NCBI GenBank assembly: GCA_043816005.1
Contig: JBDRIM010000012.1
Span: forward strand, 1 to 20,857
DNA: 20,857 bases
Direction of reading: 5' to 3'
From: Candidatus Micrarchaeota archaeon
Lineage (GTDB): Archaea; Micrarchaeota; Micrarchaeia; Anstonellales; Bilamarchaeaceae
Shown here: positions 1 through 8,165 of the stretch, piece after piece
How positions within the stretch are numbered: the first letter of the stretch is position 1
How the letters are laid out: each line of letters opens with the position of its first letter
Position numbers and translations under genes: made by a program
Notes under the pieces: model-generated
Database searches by the model: none
Seen by the model: only the letters and a program-made list of their open reading frames with translations
What the model was told of the DNA's origin: nothing

Positions 1-911
1 TTATTTTTTATAAATTCCTGGATTTTATCAAGTAGTTTGGATATTAAATATAATACAACAACTTCGAAACAAACGATAATTGTTGCAACTGGCCAATCAA
101 AATCCAATGGCAATGTTTTCTCACTATATCCTGCATAAAAAACAATCGGTATTCCTATCACTAAAAACATTAACACCCAATATCTTATTGGTTTTTTGCC
201 AAGATACTCAAGAGGTTCAAATTTTATTTTTTTACAACATTCAAACAAAACAAGTGAAACCAAAACAGATAATGCCATGAATGAAGGACTTACTATGTTT
301 TTGTATGGTTGAATGAAGAGAAGCAGAAGTAGTGAAATGATGACCACAGGAACTATTAGTTTTTTTGTCTCTTTGATATTTTTTCCTGTTATTACTCCCG
401 CAAGCATAACTGGAAGATAAAAGATAACTGCCCCGTATCCCCCAAGGTAATCTTCATTGAAATAAGGTAGACTGTTCCAAGCACTAAGCACAAAATAAAG
501 AATGAAAACTGACAAGGCAACAATCGCAATCTTTTTTTCTGAAAATTTTACTAATAAAAGCGAAGGTATCATTAGCAGTGCGATAACTAGTATTTCATCT
601 ACACCAAGAAATCTACCTGCTGAAAATGGTGATAAGAAAAACCAAATCAATACTAATTTACCAAATCTCTCAATAACATCCAAAATATACTGGTTTCTTT
701 TCAATTTTTTCCTTTTTTGATCAAAGAAAACAAGTGACATACCACTGGCAAAAATAAACATGGGAAATACAAAATCGCCTGGGCGCAAAGTACCTGGAAC
801 ATTATGAGTTAATGGCCATGGAAGGATATTACTCAGAACAAGAATGACTGTGAATACCACCATTAGCACTATACTTAACCCACGAAACATATCAATAGCC
901 GCCACTCTCAT
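1..911 (-). CDS. HGSNAT-like (heparan-alpha-glucosaminide N-acetyltransferase / DUF1624-DUF5009-type) multi-pass membrane acyltransferase, 3'-partial
   Basis: Absent from the ORF track, consistent with running off the left edge. Minus-strand translation from ATG at 911 gives MRVAAIDMFRGLSIVLMVVF...WPLTHNVPGTLRPGDFVFPMFIFASGMSL, matching the family's R-x3-D-x2-RG and H...D-x-VFP-x-F-x-F-x2-G-x-S motifs. The same frame reads ...LLDKIQEFIKN at the edge; I did not translate every middle codon. Confidence 0.8.
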   Translation of the reverse strand, partial: MRVAAIDMFRGLSIVLMVVFTVILVLSNILPWPLTHNVPGTLRPGDFVFPMFIFASGMSLVFFDQKRKKLKRNQYILDVIERFGKLVLIWFFLSPFSAGRFLGVDEILVIALLMIPSLLLVKFSEKKIAIVALSVFILYFVLSAWNSLPYFNEDYLGGYGAVIFYLPVMLAGVITGKNIKETKKLIVPVVIISLLLLLFIQPYKNIVSPSFMALSVLVSLVLFECCKKIKFEPLEYLGKKPIRYWVLMFLVIGIPIVFYAGYSEKTLPLDFDWPVATIIVCFEVVVLYLISKLLDKIQEFIKN

Positions 912-934
912 ATAACTTTTCTAATAGAGAAGTG

Positions 935-942
935 TTTATAAA
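935..942. promoter_or_regulatory. Palindromic TATA box (TTTATAAA) probably shared by divergent leaderless genes
   Basis: TTTATAAA lies 21 nt before ATG 964 (+) and 23 nt before ATG 911 (-) in a 52-bp spacer with no SD motif. Confidence 0.55.
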
Positions 943-963
943 TAATCGAACAAAAATTAGTTT

Positions 964-1311
964 ATGGATATTCATAAAATTTCAAAAGCCCTTTTCAAAA
1001 TGCCTAACGTGAAAGCTGCAATTTTATTTGGTTCGCAGGCAAAGGGAAGAGCAAGAAAAGATTCTGATATGGATATATGTGTTATTACCAAAAATGAAGA
1101 CGATTCACCGCTACTTCTTTCATCTGAGAAAACTGATATTTCTTTATTCCATCGACTACCTAATCACATACGTTATCGTATTTTCAAAGATGGGAAACTG
1201 CTATTTTGCAAGGACGATCAACTACTAACAAATCTGAAATTCTGGACAATTAAGATATATCTTGATGAAAAACATTGGCGTGATATCTCAACTGCGCGGG
1301 TGTTAGCATGA
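964..1311 (+). CDS. mntA: Minimal nucleotidyltransferase (MNT) antitoxin, MntA-like
   Basis: 115 aa; AILFGSQAKGRARKDSDMDICV gives the GS-X10-DxD motif; 4-bp ATGA overlap with the downstream HEPN gene. Confidence 0.9.
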   Translation: MDIHKISKALFKMPNVKAAILFGSQAKGRARKDSDMDICVITKNEDDSPLLLSSEKTDISLFHRLPNHIRYRIFKDGKLLFCKDDQLLTNLKFWTIKIYLDEKHWRDISTARVLA

Positions 1312-1724
1312 TTGACAGGGAACAAATCGCAATTATGGTGAAAGATGTTGAACGTTATCTATATGATCTATCTGAGATAAATATAAAAACTAAAGAGGCC
1401 CTGTCCAACAAAGAAAGTTATTATGCAGTTTCTATGCTTGTTTTTTCAATCATGAATAGGGTTTTGGATGTTGGTAATGAAATCATCTCTGGATCAGAAA
1501 ATATTCCAATTCCAGGAAGTTACGGAGAGACATTCGAGTTATTATCTCAAAACAAGATTATTAATCCCAAATTATCTTCATCTCTTTCGGGTTTAACAAA
1601 GTACCGAAACATTATTGCACATGAATACTATCGGTTGACAAATACTGAACTCTTCAAATTAAAAAACGATATTTTCGTAGTTCAAGATTTTATCAAAGAA
1701 ATCAAAAACGTTCTTAAGAAATGA
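1308..1724 (+). CDS. hepT: HEPN (DUF86 / HepT-like) ribonuclease toxin
   Basis: 138 aa; RNIIAHEY gives the R-X4-H-X-Y motif (R100, H105, Y107); P-x-SY-x-E-x-F-x-LL motif typical of DUF86; paired with MNT. Confidence 0.9.
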   Translation: MIDREQIAIMVKDVERYLYDLSEINIKTKEALSNKESYYAVSMLVFSIMNRVLDVGNEIISGSENIPIPGSYGETFELLSQNKIINPKLSSSLSGLTKYRNIIAHEYYRLTNTELFKLKNDIFVVQDFIKEIKNVLKK

Positions 1725-1728
1725 TTCT

Positions 1729-2481
1729 ATGAAGATTTTTTGGAACAAAACTGTTCATGAAAATGCGGCCTACTACTACGAACTTGCCAAAGATACCAAA
1801 TCAAAAATCTCTGGTTTGGAGAAAGCAATTGAAGAAACAAAAAAAGAAATAGAAAAAGCAAAAAAAGTAGAAAAAAAGAATGTAAAAGTCAAACGTGAAA
1901 AACAATGGTTTGAAAAATTTCATCATTCGCTTACTAGTGATGGAAAATTGATAATAGGGGGAAGAAGTGCACAACAAAACGATATGCTTTATGCAAAATA
2001 CATCGAAGAAAACGATCTTTTTTTCCATGCAGATATTCAGGGTGGTTCTGCTGTCATCTTAAAAGACGGTATTAATGCAAGTGAGGATGAAATGAAGGAA
2101 GCAGCCCAGTTTGCAGCATGTTTCTCAAATGCATGGAAAAACGCCAATGCTGCTGTTGATGTTTATTGTGTTAGGAAAAATCAATTAGCTAAACATGCAA
2201 CTGGTGGGTTTATTCCATCTGGTGCGTTTGCCATAACAGGCGAGAGAAAATGGTTCAAGGCAATGAAATTAAATCTGATCATAGGTATAGGTGAGAAGGG
2301 AATTGAAATAATCTCCATCTTCTCAAAAAGACATCTTACTAACATCCTTACACTCGTTCCATCTCTAGCGGGTAAGGATAAGGGAGCGCTATCAAAATCT
2401 CTTGCAAAACGGTTTAATGTCCATCCAGATGAATTTCTGGAACTGTTACCTAATGGTAAGAGTAAGACTGTGAGCCAGTAG
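1729..2481 (+). CDS. Short Rqc2/RqcH/NEMF-family protein (coiled coil + NFACT-R/DUF814), lacking NFACT-N
   Basis: ENAAYYYELAK coiled coil, WFEKFH...LIIGGRSAQQND, DLFFHADIQGGSAVILK, AAQFAACFSNAWK, GAFAITGERKW are NFACT-R hallmarks; only 250 aa. Confidence 0.85.
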   Translation: MKIFWNKTVHENAAYYYELAKDTKSKISGLEKAIEETKKEIEKAKKVEKKNVKVKREKQWFEKFHHSLTSDGKLIIGGRSAQQNDMLYAKYIEENDLFFHADIQGGSAVILKDGINASEDEMKEAAQFAACFSNAWKNANAAVDVYCVRKNQLAKHATGGFIPSGAFAITGERKWFKAMKLNLIIGIGEKGIEIISIFSKRHLTNILTLVPSLAGKDKGALSKSLAKRFNVHPDEFLELLPNGKSKTVSQ

Positions 2482-2539
2482 CTATAAAATTCTTCATGTC
2501 GATAGCGTTAGTGTCTTATTTACCTATTCGGGTGAAATT

Positions 2540-5449
2540 ATGGATCAACGCTTAGAAATTACAACAAAAAATCATCTGAAGGATGTCCAAGGTGAACATC
2601 TCAAGCTGCGTATCAAAAAATTATTGAATCTCTCGGTTGTTTGTCATTTTGTTGATGTTTATAATCTAGCTGATCAGCCGTCTCCAGATGAAATGCAAAT
2701 TCTTGCATCTGAAGTTTTTACTGATAGCATCACACAGGACTATTCATATCAGGAACCTGTTTTCAAAGATTGCTGGCGCATTGAGATTGGTATGCTACCT
2801 GGTGTTACTGATAATATTGGGCATACTGCAACTGAAGCAATAAAAGATAGATTTGGAAAAGCAGTTGAGGTTTATTATTCTCGTATGTATGCCATCAGTG
2901 GCGAAATTGATGAATTTATATGCGAAAAAATCGCAGCTATGCTTCACAATCCATTAATGGAAAAATTCCAGCTCTACAAACCAGAAGATGAAACAAAACC
3001 CTATCTTCCAATAGTTAAAATACCTCACGAACCATCTGTGCAAAAATTCAGTCTTCATATGGGGGAAGAAAGATTCACTACACTAGCTAAAGATCGACTT
3101 CTTTCACTTTCCTACGAGGAATTTGATGCAATAAAACGTCATTTTAAGCTTGAGAAAGTTATCAATTCACGCAAAAAAGTCGGACTTGACAATAAAATTA
3201 CTGATGTTGAACTTGAAGCTCTAGCACAGACGTGGAGTGAACATTGCAAACATAAGATTTTCAATGCAAAGATAAGTCACGAAGAGAACGGGGAAGTTCA
3301 TGCAATAGATTCTCTATTCAAGACGTTTATTCGCGGTGCAACTGATCAAATCCAAAAACCATATGTTGTCAGTGTTTTCAAGGATAATGGTGGCATAATA
3401 AAGTTCAATCATGAATATGACGTTGCAATAAAAGTTGAGACGCACAATGCACCTTCGGCACTTGATCCATACGGTGGTGCTTTAACAGGAATTCTAGGGG
3501 TACAAAGAGATATCATGGGTACGGGTATGGGTGCAAATCCTATTGGTAACATCGACGTTCTATGTTTTGGTCCGCTTGATGCCCAAAAAGAAGATTTTCC
3601 AAAAACAGTTCTTCATCCATCTGTTATTGCAGAGGGAGTTGTAAAAGGAATTGAACATGGTGGAAACAAAATGGGCATTCCAACTATCAACGGATCAATC
3701 ATATTTGACAAGGATTACACTTGCCGTCCTTTGGTCTATTGTGGAACTGTTGGTATAATGCCCACTGAAATACGCGGAAAAAGAACGTCAGAAAAAACAA
3801 TCGAACCCGGTTCTCTTGCTGTCATGGTTGGAGGAAGAATAGGTAAAGATGGAATCCATGGTGCAACATTTTCATCAATGCAAATTGATGCCTCAACACC
3901 ACAAAGTGTTGTACAAATAGGCGATCCAATAACCCAGAAAAAAATGCTTGATTTTATTATTGAAGCAAGAGATAAACTACTTTACGAAGCAATAACTGAT
4001 AATGGCGCAGGCGGCCTATCTTCTAGCATAGGGGAACTTGCCCAAATTAGCAACGGCTGCGAAGTTTATCTTGAAAAGTGCCCACTTAAATATCCTGGGC
4101 TTGATCCCTGGGAAATTCTAGTTTCAGAATCACAAGAAAGGATGACCCTGGCAGTTCATCCCGATAAGGCAATAGAACTTGCTGCGGTGGCAAGAGTACA
4201 CGATGTTGAAATAAATGTTGTCGGTAAATTTACTGATTCAAAAAAGTTCCATGTTTTCTATAAAAACGACACAGTAGCCTATCTTGATATGGACTTTTTA
4301 CACAATGGCCTCCCACAATTAAAACTCACTGCAAGCTGGAAAAAACTAATCTATCCAGAACCAGATATCGGTCCATTTTATCCAATGGAGATTTTGAGGA
4401 AACTTCTATCTTCACCTAACATAACAACCAAGGAATCTGTCATTAGAAGATATGATCATGAAGTGAAAGGGCATAGTGTGATAAAGCCAATAATGGCCGG
4501 ACCAACTGATGGGGCAGTTATCAAACCAGTATATACCTCTAATGAAGGAATTGTCTTAGCTCATGGCATATGTCCTAAATATGTCCAAGATGGGTATGCT
4601 ATGGCAGCAATGGCATTTGACGAGGCAGTCCGAAATGCAATTGCAGTTGGTGCTAAGTTCGGTTATCTTGCCTGCCTCGACAACTTTTCATGGCCAGACC
4701 CAGTTAAATCAGCGAAAACACCTGATGGTGAACAAAAACTTGGTAGTTTGGTTCGCTCTTGTTTGGCTCTTTATGATTGTGCAACTGCATATGGGGTACC
4801 GATTATCTCAGGCAAGGACAGCATGAAGAATGATTATTATCATGCTGGAAAAAAATATTCCATACCACCAACATTACTTGTAACTGTCATCGGGAAAATA
4901 AACAACATCAAACGTGCTATGAGCTCAGAATTCAAAAATCCGGGAGATGTAATATATGTTCTTGGTACAACGCACAATGAAATGGGTGGAAGTGACTTTT
5001 ATAGACTATTCAAAGGTATAGGTAATGATCCACCACAACTTTATCCAGATGAAAATATCCCCTTGTACAAAGCCATTTCTACTGCAATTGAAGATGGTAT
5101 TGTTTCTTCAGTTCATGATGTTTCTGATGGTGGCCTGGCTGTTGCATTTGCTGAATCTGCAATTGGTTATGGAAATGTGGGTGCAGAACTTGACCTTTCT
5201 CAGATAAGTGCAACAACTGAGGATAACATCTCACTTTTATTTGCTGAAAGTGCAGGAAGATTTGTGGTAAGTGTTTCTCCTGAAAATGTTGAAAAATTCG
5301 AGAGTGCAATGCAAGGGACAACCTGTAGAAAAGCAGGCAGAGTCAGGGGAGATAAGAGATTCATAATAAAACGTGGTGAAGATGTTTTAATCAATGATTC
5401 TATTGAGGATGTAAAAGCGTCTTACCTAAAGGGTGTAAAAATCGAATGA
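2540..5449 (+). CDS. purL: Phosphoribosylformylglycinamidine synthase PurL with fused N-terminal PurS-like region (no glutaminase domain)
   Basis: 969 aa; QTWSEHCKHKIFNA, KVETHNAPSALDPYGGALTG, GGRIGKDGIHGATFSS, DNGAGGLSS, SESQERM, ISGKDSMKN, HDVSDGGLA; PurS-like LPGVTDNIG and LHNPLME near the N-terminus; SD GGTGA at 2531-2535. Confidence 0.95.
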   Translation: MDQRLEITTKNHLKDVQGEHLKLRIKKLLNLSVVCHFVDVYNLADQPSPDEMQILASEVFTDSITQDYSYQEPVFKDCWRIEIGMLPGVTDNIGHTATEAIKDRFGKAVEVYYSRMYAISGEIDEFICEKIAAMLHNPLMEKFQLYKPEDETKPYLPIVKIPHEPSVQKFSLHMGEERFTTLAKDRLLSLSYEEFDAIKRHFKLEKVINSRKKVGLDNKITDVELEALAQTWSEHCKHKIFNAKISHEENGEVHAIDSLFKTFIRGATDQIQKPYVVSVFKDNGGIIKFNHEYDVAIKVETHNAPSALDPYGGALTGILGVQRDIMGTGMGANPIGNIDVLCFGPLDAQKEDFPKTVLHPSVIAEGVVKGIEHGGNKMGIPTINGSIIFDKDYTCRPLVYCGTVGIMPTEIRGKRTSEKTIEPGSLAVMVGGRIGKDGIHGATFSSMQIDASTPQSVVQIGDPITQKKMLDFIIEARDKLLYEAITDNGAGGLSSSIGELAQISNGCEVYLEKCPLKYPGLDPWEILVSESQERMTLAVHPDKAIELAAVARVHDVEINVVGKFTDSKKFHVFYKNDTVAYLDMDFLHNGLPQLKLTASWKKLIYPEPDIGPFYPMEILRKLLSSPNITTKESVIRRYDHEVKGHSVIKPIMAGPTDGAVIKPVYTSNEGIVLAHGICPKYVQDGYAMAAMAFDEAVRNAIAVGAKFGYLACLDNFSWPDPVKSAKTPDGEQKLGSLVRSCLALYDCATAYGVPIISGKDSMKNDYYHAGKKYSIPPTLLVTVIGKINNIKRAMSSEFKNPGDVIYVLGTTHNEMGGSDFYRLFKGIGNDPPQLYPDENIPLYKAISTAIEDGIVSSVHDVSDGGLAVAFAESAIGYGNVGAELDLSQISATTEDNISLLFAESAGRFVVSVSPENVEKFESAMQGTTCRKAGRVRGDKRFIIKRGEDVLINDSIEDVKASYLKGVKIE

Positions 5450-5465
5450 TTTTTACTTAATAAAA

Positions 5466-7307
5466 ATGGGGCATTTTTATGAGGTGTGGAAATTGCTTAA
5501 TGAATTAAAGGAAGAAATAGCTAACCTTACTAGTAAGGCTGCTGGAGTATCAACTAACGAAGCACTCCAATTAGTTGAATTGGGAAAAGTTGGTGACCTT
5601 TCAAGTAAAATTGCTTTTATGGTTTCCAAATCCACTAAACAAAATCCGGCAGTTATTGCATCTGAACTTGTAAAAAAAATCAAACCAACAAAGAATTTTG
5701 AAAAAATAGAAGCAACAGGTCCATACATTAATTTTTACTTGAGTAATCATGCATATTCTGAAATTCTCTCAGGAATACTCTCAAAAAAAGAAAATTTTGG
5801 GAAAGGGAAAAAGAAAAAAGAAAAAGTCATGATTGAATTCCCCTCTGTAAATCCAAATAAACCATGGCATATCGGCCATCTTAGAAATGCTCTTCTTGGT
5901 GATTCTGTCGCCAGAATTCTTGAATTTGATGGTCATGATGTTGAGCGAATAGATTACATTGATGATCTTGGTCTTCAGGTTGCACAAAGTCTTTGGGGGT
6001 TTTTGAATTTCGATTCCAATCCAAATGGTAAATTTGACAATTGGCTTGGTCATCAGTATGTTGGGATTGCAAAGAAATTTGAAGATGATAAAAATGTTAT
6101 TGACGGTGTTCGTAACACACTCAAATCTATGGAAGAAGGCAACAATGAAATAGCATATGCAGGGCGAGAACTTGCAGAAAATTGTGTTCGTGCACAATAC
6201 GAGACCGCATTCAATTTCGGAGTTTATCACGATGTTCTTATTTTCGAAAGTGATGTCATGCATACAATTTTCGAAAAAGGCATTGAATACATAAAGAAGA
6301 ATGATGCTGTAACACTCGAAAAAGAAGGTAAAAACTCCGGATGCTGGGTAGTAAGATTGGGTGAGCAGTTTGAGAAAGAATTTGGAAAAATGGAAAATCC
6401 AGACAAAGTACTCATAAGAAGCGATGGTACTGCAGTCTACACTGGCAAGGATATTATTTTCCATTTATGGAAATTCGGAAAACTAACTAATTTTCTTTAC
6501 GAACCTTTCATAAAACAACCAAATGGTAAAACTGCGTATAAAAGCTCTCCAACGGGACTTCAGCTTGAATTTGGGAATGCATCAACAGCAATAAATGTCA
6601 TTGGTGTTGAGCAAAAATACCCTCAACGTGTAATAGTAGAAGTCCTTAGACGTCTAAAATTTACAAAGGAAGCAGAAAATCTTCACCATCTTTCTTACGA
6701 ACATGTTGGTTTACCTGATGAAAAATTTTCTGGTAGAAAAGGAACTTGGGTTGGATTTACTGCTGATGAACTTTTGGCAGAGGCGCAGACACGTGTCATG
6801 GACAAAATAAAACTTAATACTGAAGAAAAAGAGAAAAAACAAATTGCAAAAATGGTTGGTGTTGCGGCAATAAAATTCTCTTTCTTAAGAACTGGTTCAG
6901 AAAAAAGAATAACATTCAAGTGGGAAGATGCGTTGAATATGGAAGGCGATTCTGGTCCATACCTCCAATATGCATATGTCCGGACAAATGGCATTCTCAA
7001 CAAAACTGAAGAAAAACCAACTGTGGTTAGTCAACAACTTAATAAAGAAGAAAGACTTCTAATCAAAAAAATGGCACAACTCTCTGAAGTTGTTGCAAGA
7101 AGTTCTAAAGAACATGCCCCACATCATATAACGCAATATAGTCTGGAACTTGCTGCAGATTTCAGTTCTTTCTATACAACTTCTTCTGTTCTCAATGCTG
7201 AGGACAAAAAAATAATGAAAAACAGGCTTGCCATTGTTCTTGCGACAAGCACAGTTTTGAAAAGTGCTTTAGGATTACTCGGAATTGAATGTCCGGAAAG
7301 GATGTAG
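5466..7307 (+). CDS. argS: Arginine--tRNA ligase (archaeal type)
   Basis: 613 aa; SVNPNKPWHIGHLRNA (HIGH), KFSGRKG (KMSKS-like), GDSGPYLQYAYVR, DALR domain ending LGLLGIECPERM. Confidence 0.97.
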   Translation: MGHFYEVWKLLNELKEEIANLTSKAAGVSTNEALQLVELGKVGDLSSKIAFMVSKSTKQNPAVIASELVKKIKPTKNFEKIEATGPYINFYLSNHAYSEILSGILSKKENFGKGKKKKEKVMIEFPSVNPNKPWHIGHLRNALLGDSVARILEFDGHDVERIDYIDDLGLQVAQSLWGFLNFDSNPNGKFDNWLGHQYVGIAKKFEDDKNVIDGVRNTLKSMEEGNNEIAYAGRELAENCVRAQYETAFNFGVYHDVLIFESDVMHTIFEKGIEYIKKNDAVTLEKEGKNSGCWVVRLGEQFEKEFGKMENPDKVLIRSDGTAVYTGKDIIFHLWKFGKLTNFLYEPFIKQPNGKTAYKSSPTGLQLEFGNASTAINVIGVEQKYPQRVIVEVLRRLKFTKEAENLHHLSYEHVGLPDEKFSGRKGTWVGFTADELLAEAQTRVMDKIKLNTEEKEKKQIAKMVGVAAIKFSFLRTGSEKRITFKWEDALNMEGDSGPYLQYAYVRTNGILNKTEEKPTVVSQQLNKEERLLIKKMAQLSEVVARSSKEHAPHHITQYSLELAADFSSFYTTSSVLNAEDKKIMKNRLAIVLATSTVLKSALGLLGIECPERM

Positions 7308-7310
7308 TTT

Positions 7311-7343
7311 GTTCACTGCACTCGGCTTCGCCTCGTGGTGAAC
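7311..7343. repeat. REP-like GC-rich hairpin (GAA triloop + tandem GA on minus strand) between convergent genes
   Basis: GTTCAC...GTGAAC outer stem enclosing CAC-TC-GGC-TTC-GCC-TC-GTG; minus strand reads CAC-GA-GGC-GAA-GCC-GA-GTG; related element at 18860-18874. Confidence 0.6.
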
Positions 7344-7347
7344 GACC

Positions 7348-7361
7348 AAATAATAAAAAAA
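7348..7361 (-). terminator. Oligo-T tract after the beta-barrel gene stop, possible archaeal terminator
   Basis: Minus strand reads TAA followed by TTTTTTTATTATTT immediately after the stop codon. Confidence 0.4.
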
Positions 7362-8039
7362 TTAAAATGTCTTAGATACAAATCCTCCTAAGTTCCAGCC
7401 AAGTGTTCCGTCACTTGTTTTTGGAGAATTTCCAGTTTCTGTTAAATCAACTGCAGGTCCGAATCCCCAACCATCTATTAGAACTCCTAATCTTATTCGT
7501 TGTGTACTCCAGACATGTCCAGTTTTATCTAAGTCAGTTACATTCTCAACATGAGCCAACAATTTCAGAGTTTGGGAAAGTGCTGGACAATATTTCAATG
7601 CAGTTAGCAATTCCAAGTATGATTCACTATCCATGCCTAGTGTTGCCAAATTATAAGCACTAAAATCACCTGTTTTGATGAAATGCTGAACCCCTGCTCT
7701 TGGAACTACTTTTCCGCCAACAAACTGCACTTCACCAACCGCATCCAATCCATCTGTTAAATTTATTGTTAGATCAACTAAACCAAACGAACTTATGTTA
7801 CCATCATAATCAACTGATGGTCTTGCTCTCATGAATACCCCGAGTTTTTTTGTAATTTCTGCTGATGCTTTCAAATCTATGGTAGTCTGATTATGTCCGG
7901 CCATTAATTCAATTGAATCAGCATGTGCTAATTTTGGGGCAAGCATCAATCCAGAAACAAGTACTGCTCCTGCAACTGCTTTGGCTAACTTTCTAACTAT
8001 TTGTTTTGTCCTCTCCAATCTCCCAGTTTTCATTTCCAT
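7362..8039 (-). CDS. Secreted protein with outer-membrane-type beta-barrel features
   Basis: 225 aa; basic n-region, hydrophobic h-region and AHA|D cleavage after residue 40; mature part is about 12 amphipathic beta-segments with G/D turns; ends WNLGGFVSKTF with terminal Phe; SD GAGGTG (complement of 8045-8050). The ORF is well supported; the fold is inferred. Confidence 0.7.
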   Translation of the reverse strand: MEMKTGRLERTKQIVRKLAKAVAGAVLVSGLMLAPKLAHADSIELMAGHNQTTIDLKASAEITKKLGVFMRARPSVDYDGNISSFGLVDLTINLTDGLDAVGEVQFVGGKVVPRAGVQHFIKTGDFSAYNLATLGMDSESYLELLTALKYCPALSQTLKLLAHVENVTDLDKTGHVWSTQRIRLGVLIDGWGFGPAVDLTETGNSPKTSDGTLGWNLGGFVSKTF

Positions 8040-8111
8040 ATTCCCACCTCACAAACCTTTTCTTTCACAAATTATAACTGATCATTTGGTATACTTATTA
8101 TCTATTAACAA

Positions 8112-8165
8112 AATTTGCTAAAAAACCAAAAAATTTATAAACTATTTTAGGCTAATTAGCAAATT
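8112..8165. promoter_or_regulatory. Divergent promoter: palindromic TATA (8134-8141) flanked by a 10-bp inverted repeat
   Basis: AATTTGCTAA (8112-8121) and TTAGCAAATT (8156-8165) are exact reverse complements placed almost symmetrically around TTTATAAA; GCTAATTAGC (8151-8160) is itself a palindrome. Confidence 0.55.

Noticed and set aside
80..720. Plus-strand ORFs 80-280 and 502-720
   Set aside because: Antisense shadows of the minus-strand HGSNAT-like gene; no recognisable motifs.
1830..1880. Poly-A runs as slippage or frameshift sites
   Set aside because: Explained by the Lys/Glu-rich coiled coil; the frame stays open.
5781..6464. 227-aa minus-strand ORF and other short ORFs inside argS and purL
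   Set aside because: Fully antisense or out of frame within well-supported genes; F/I/N-rich composition typical of shadow ORFs.
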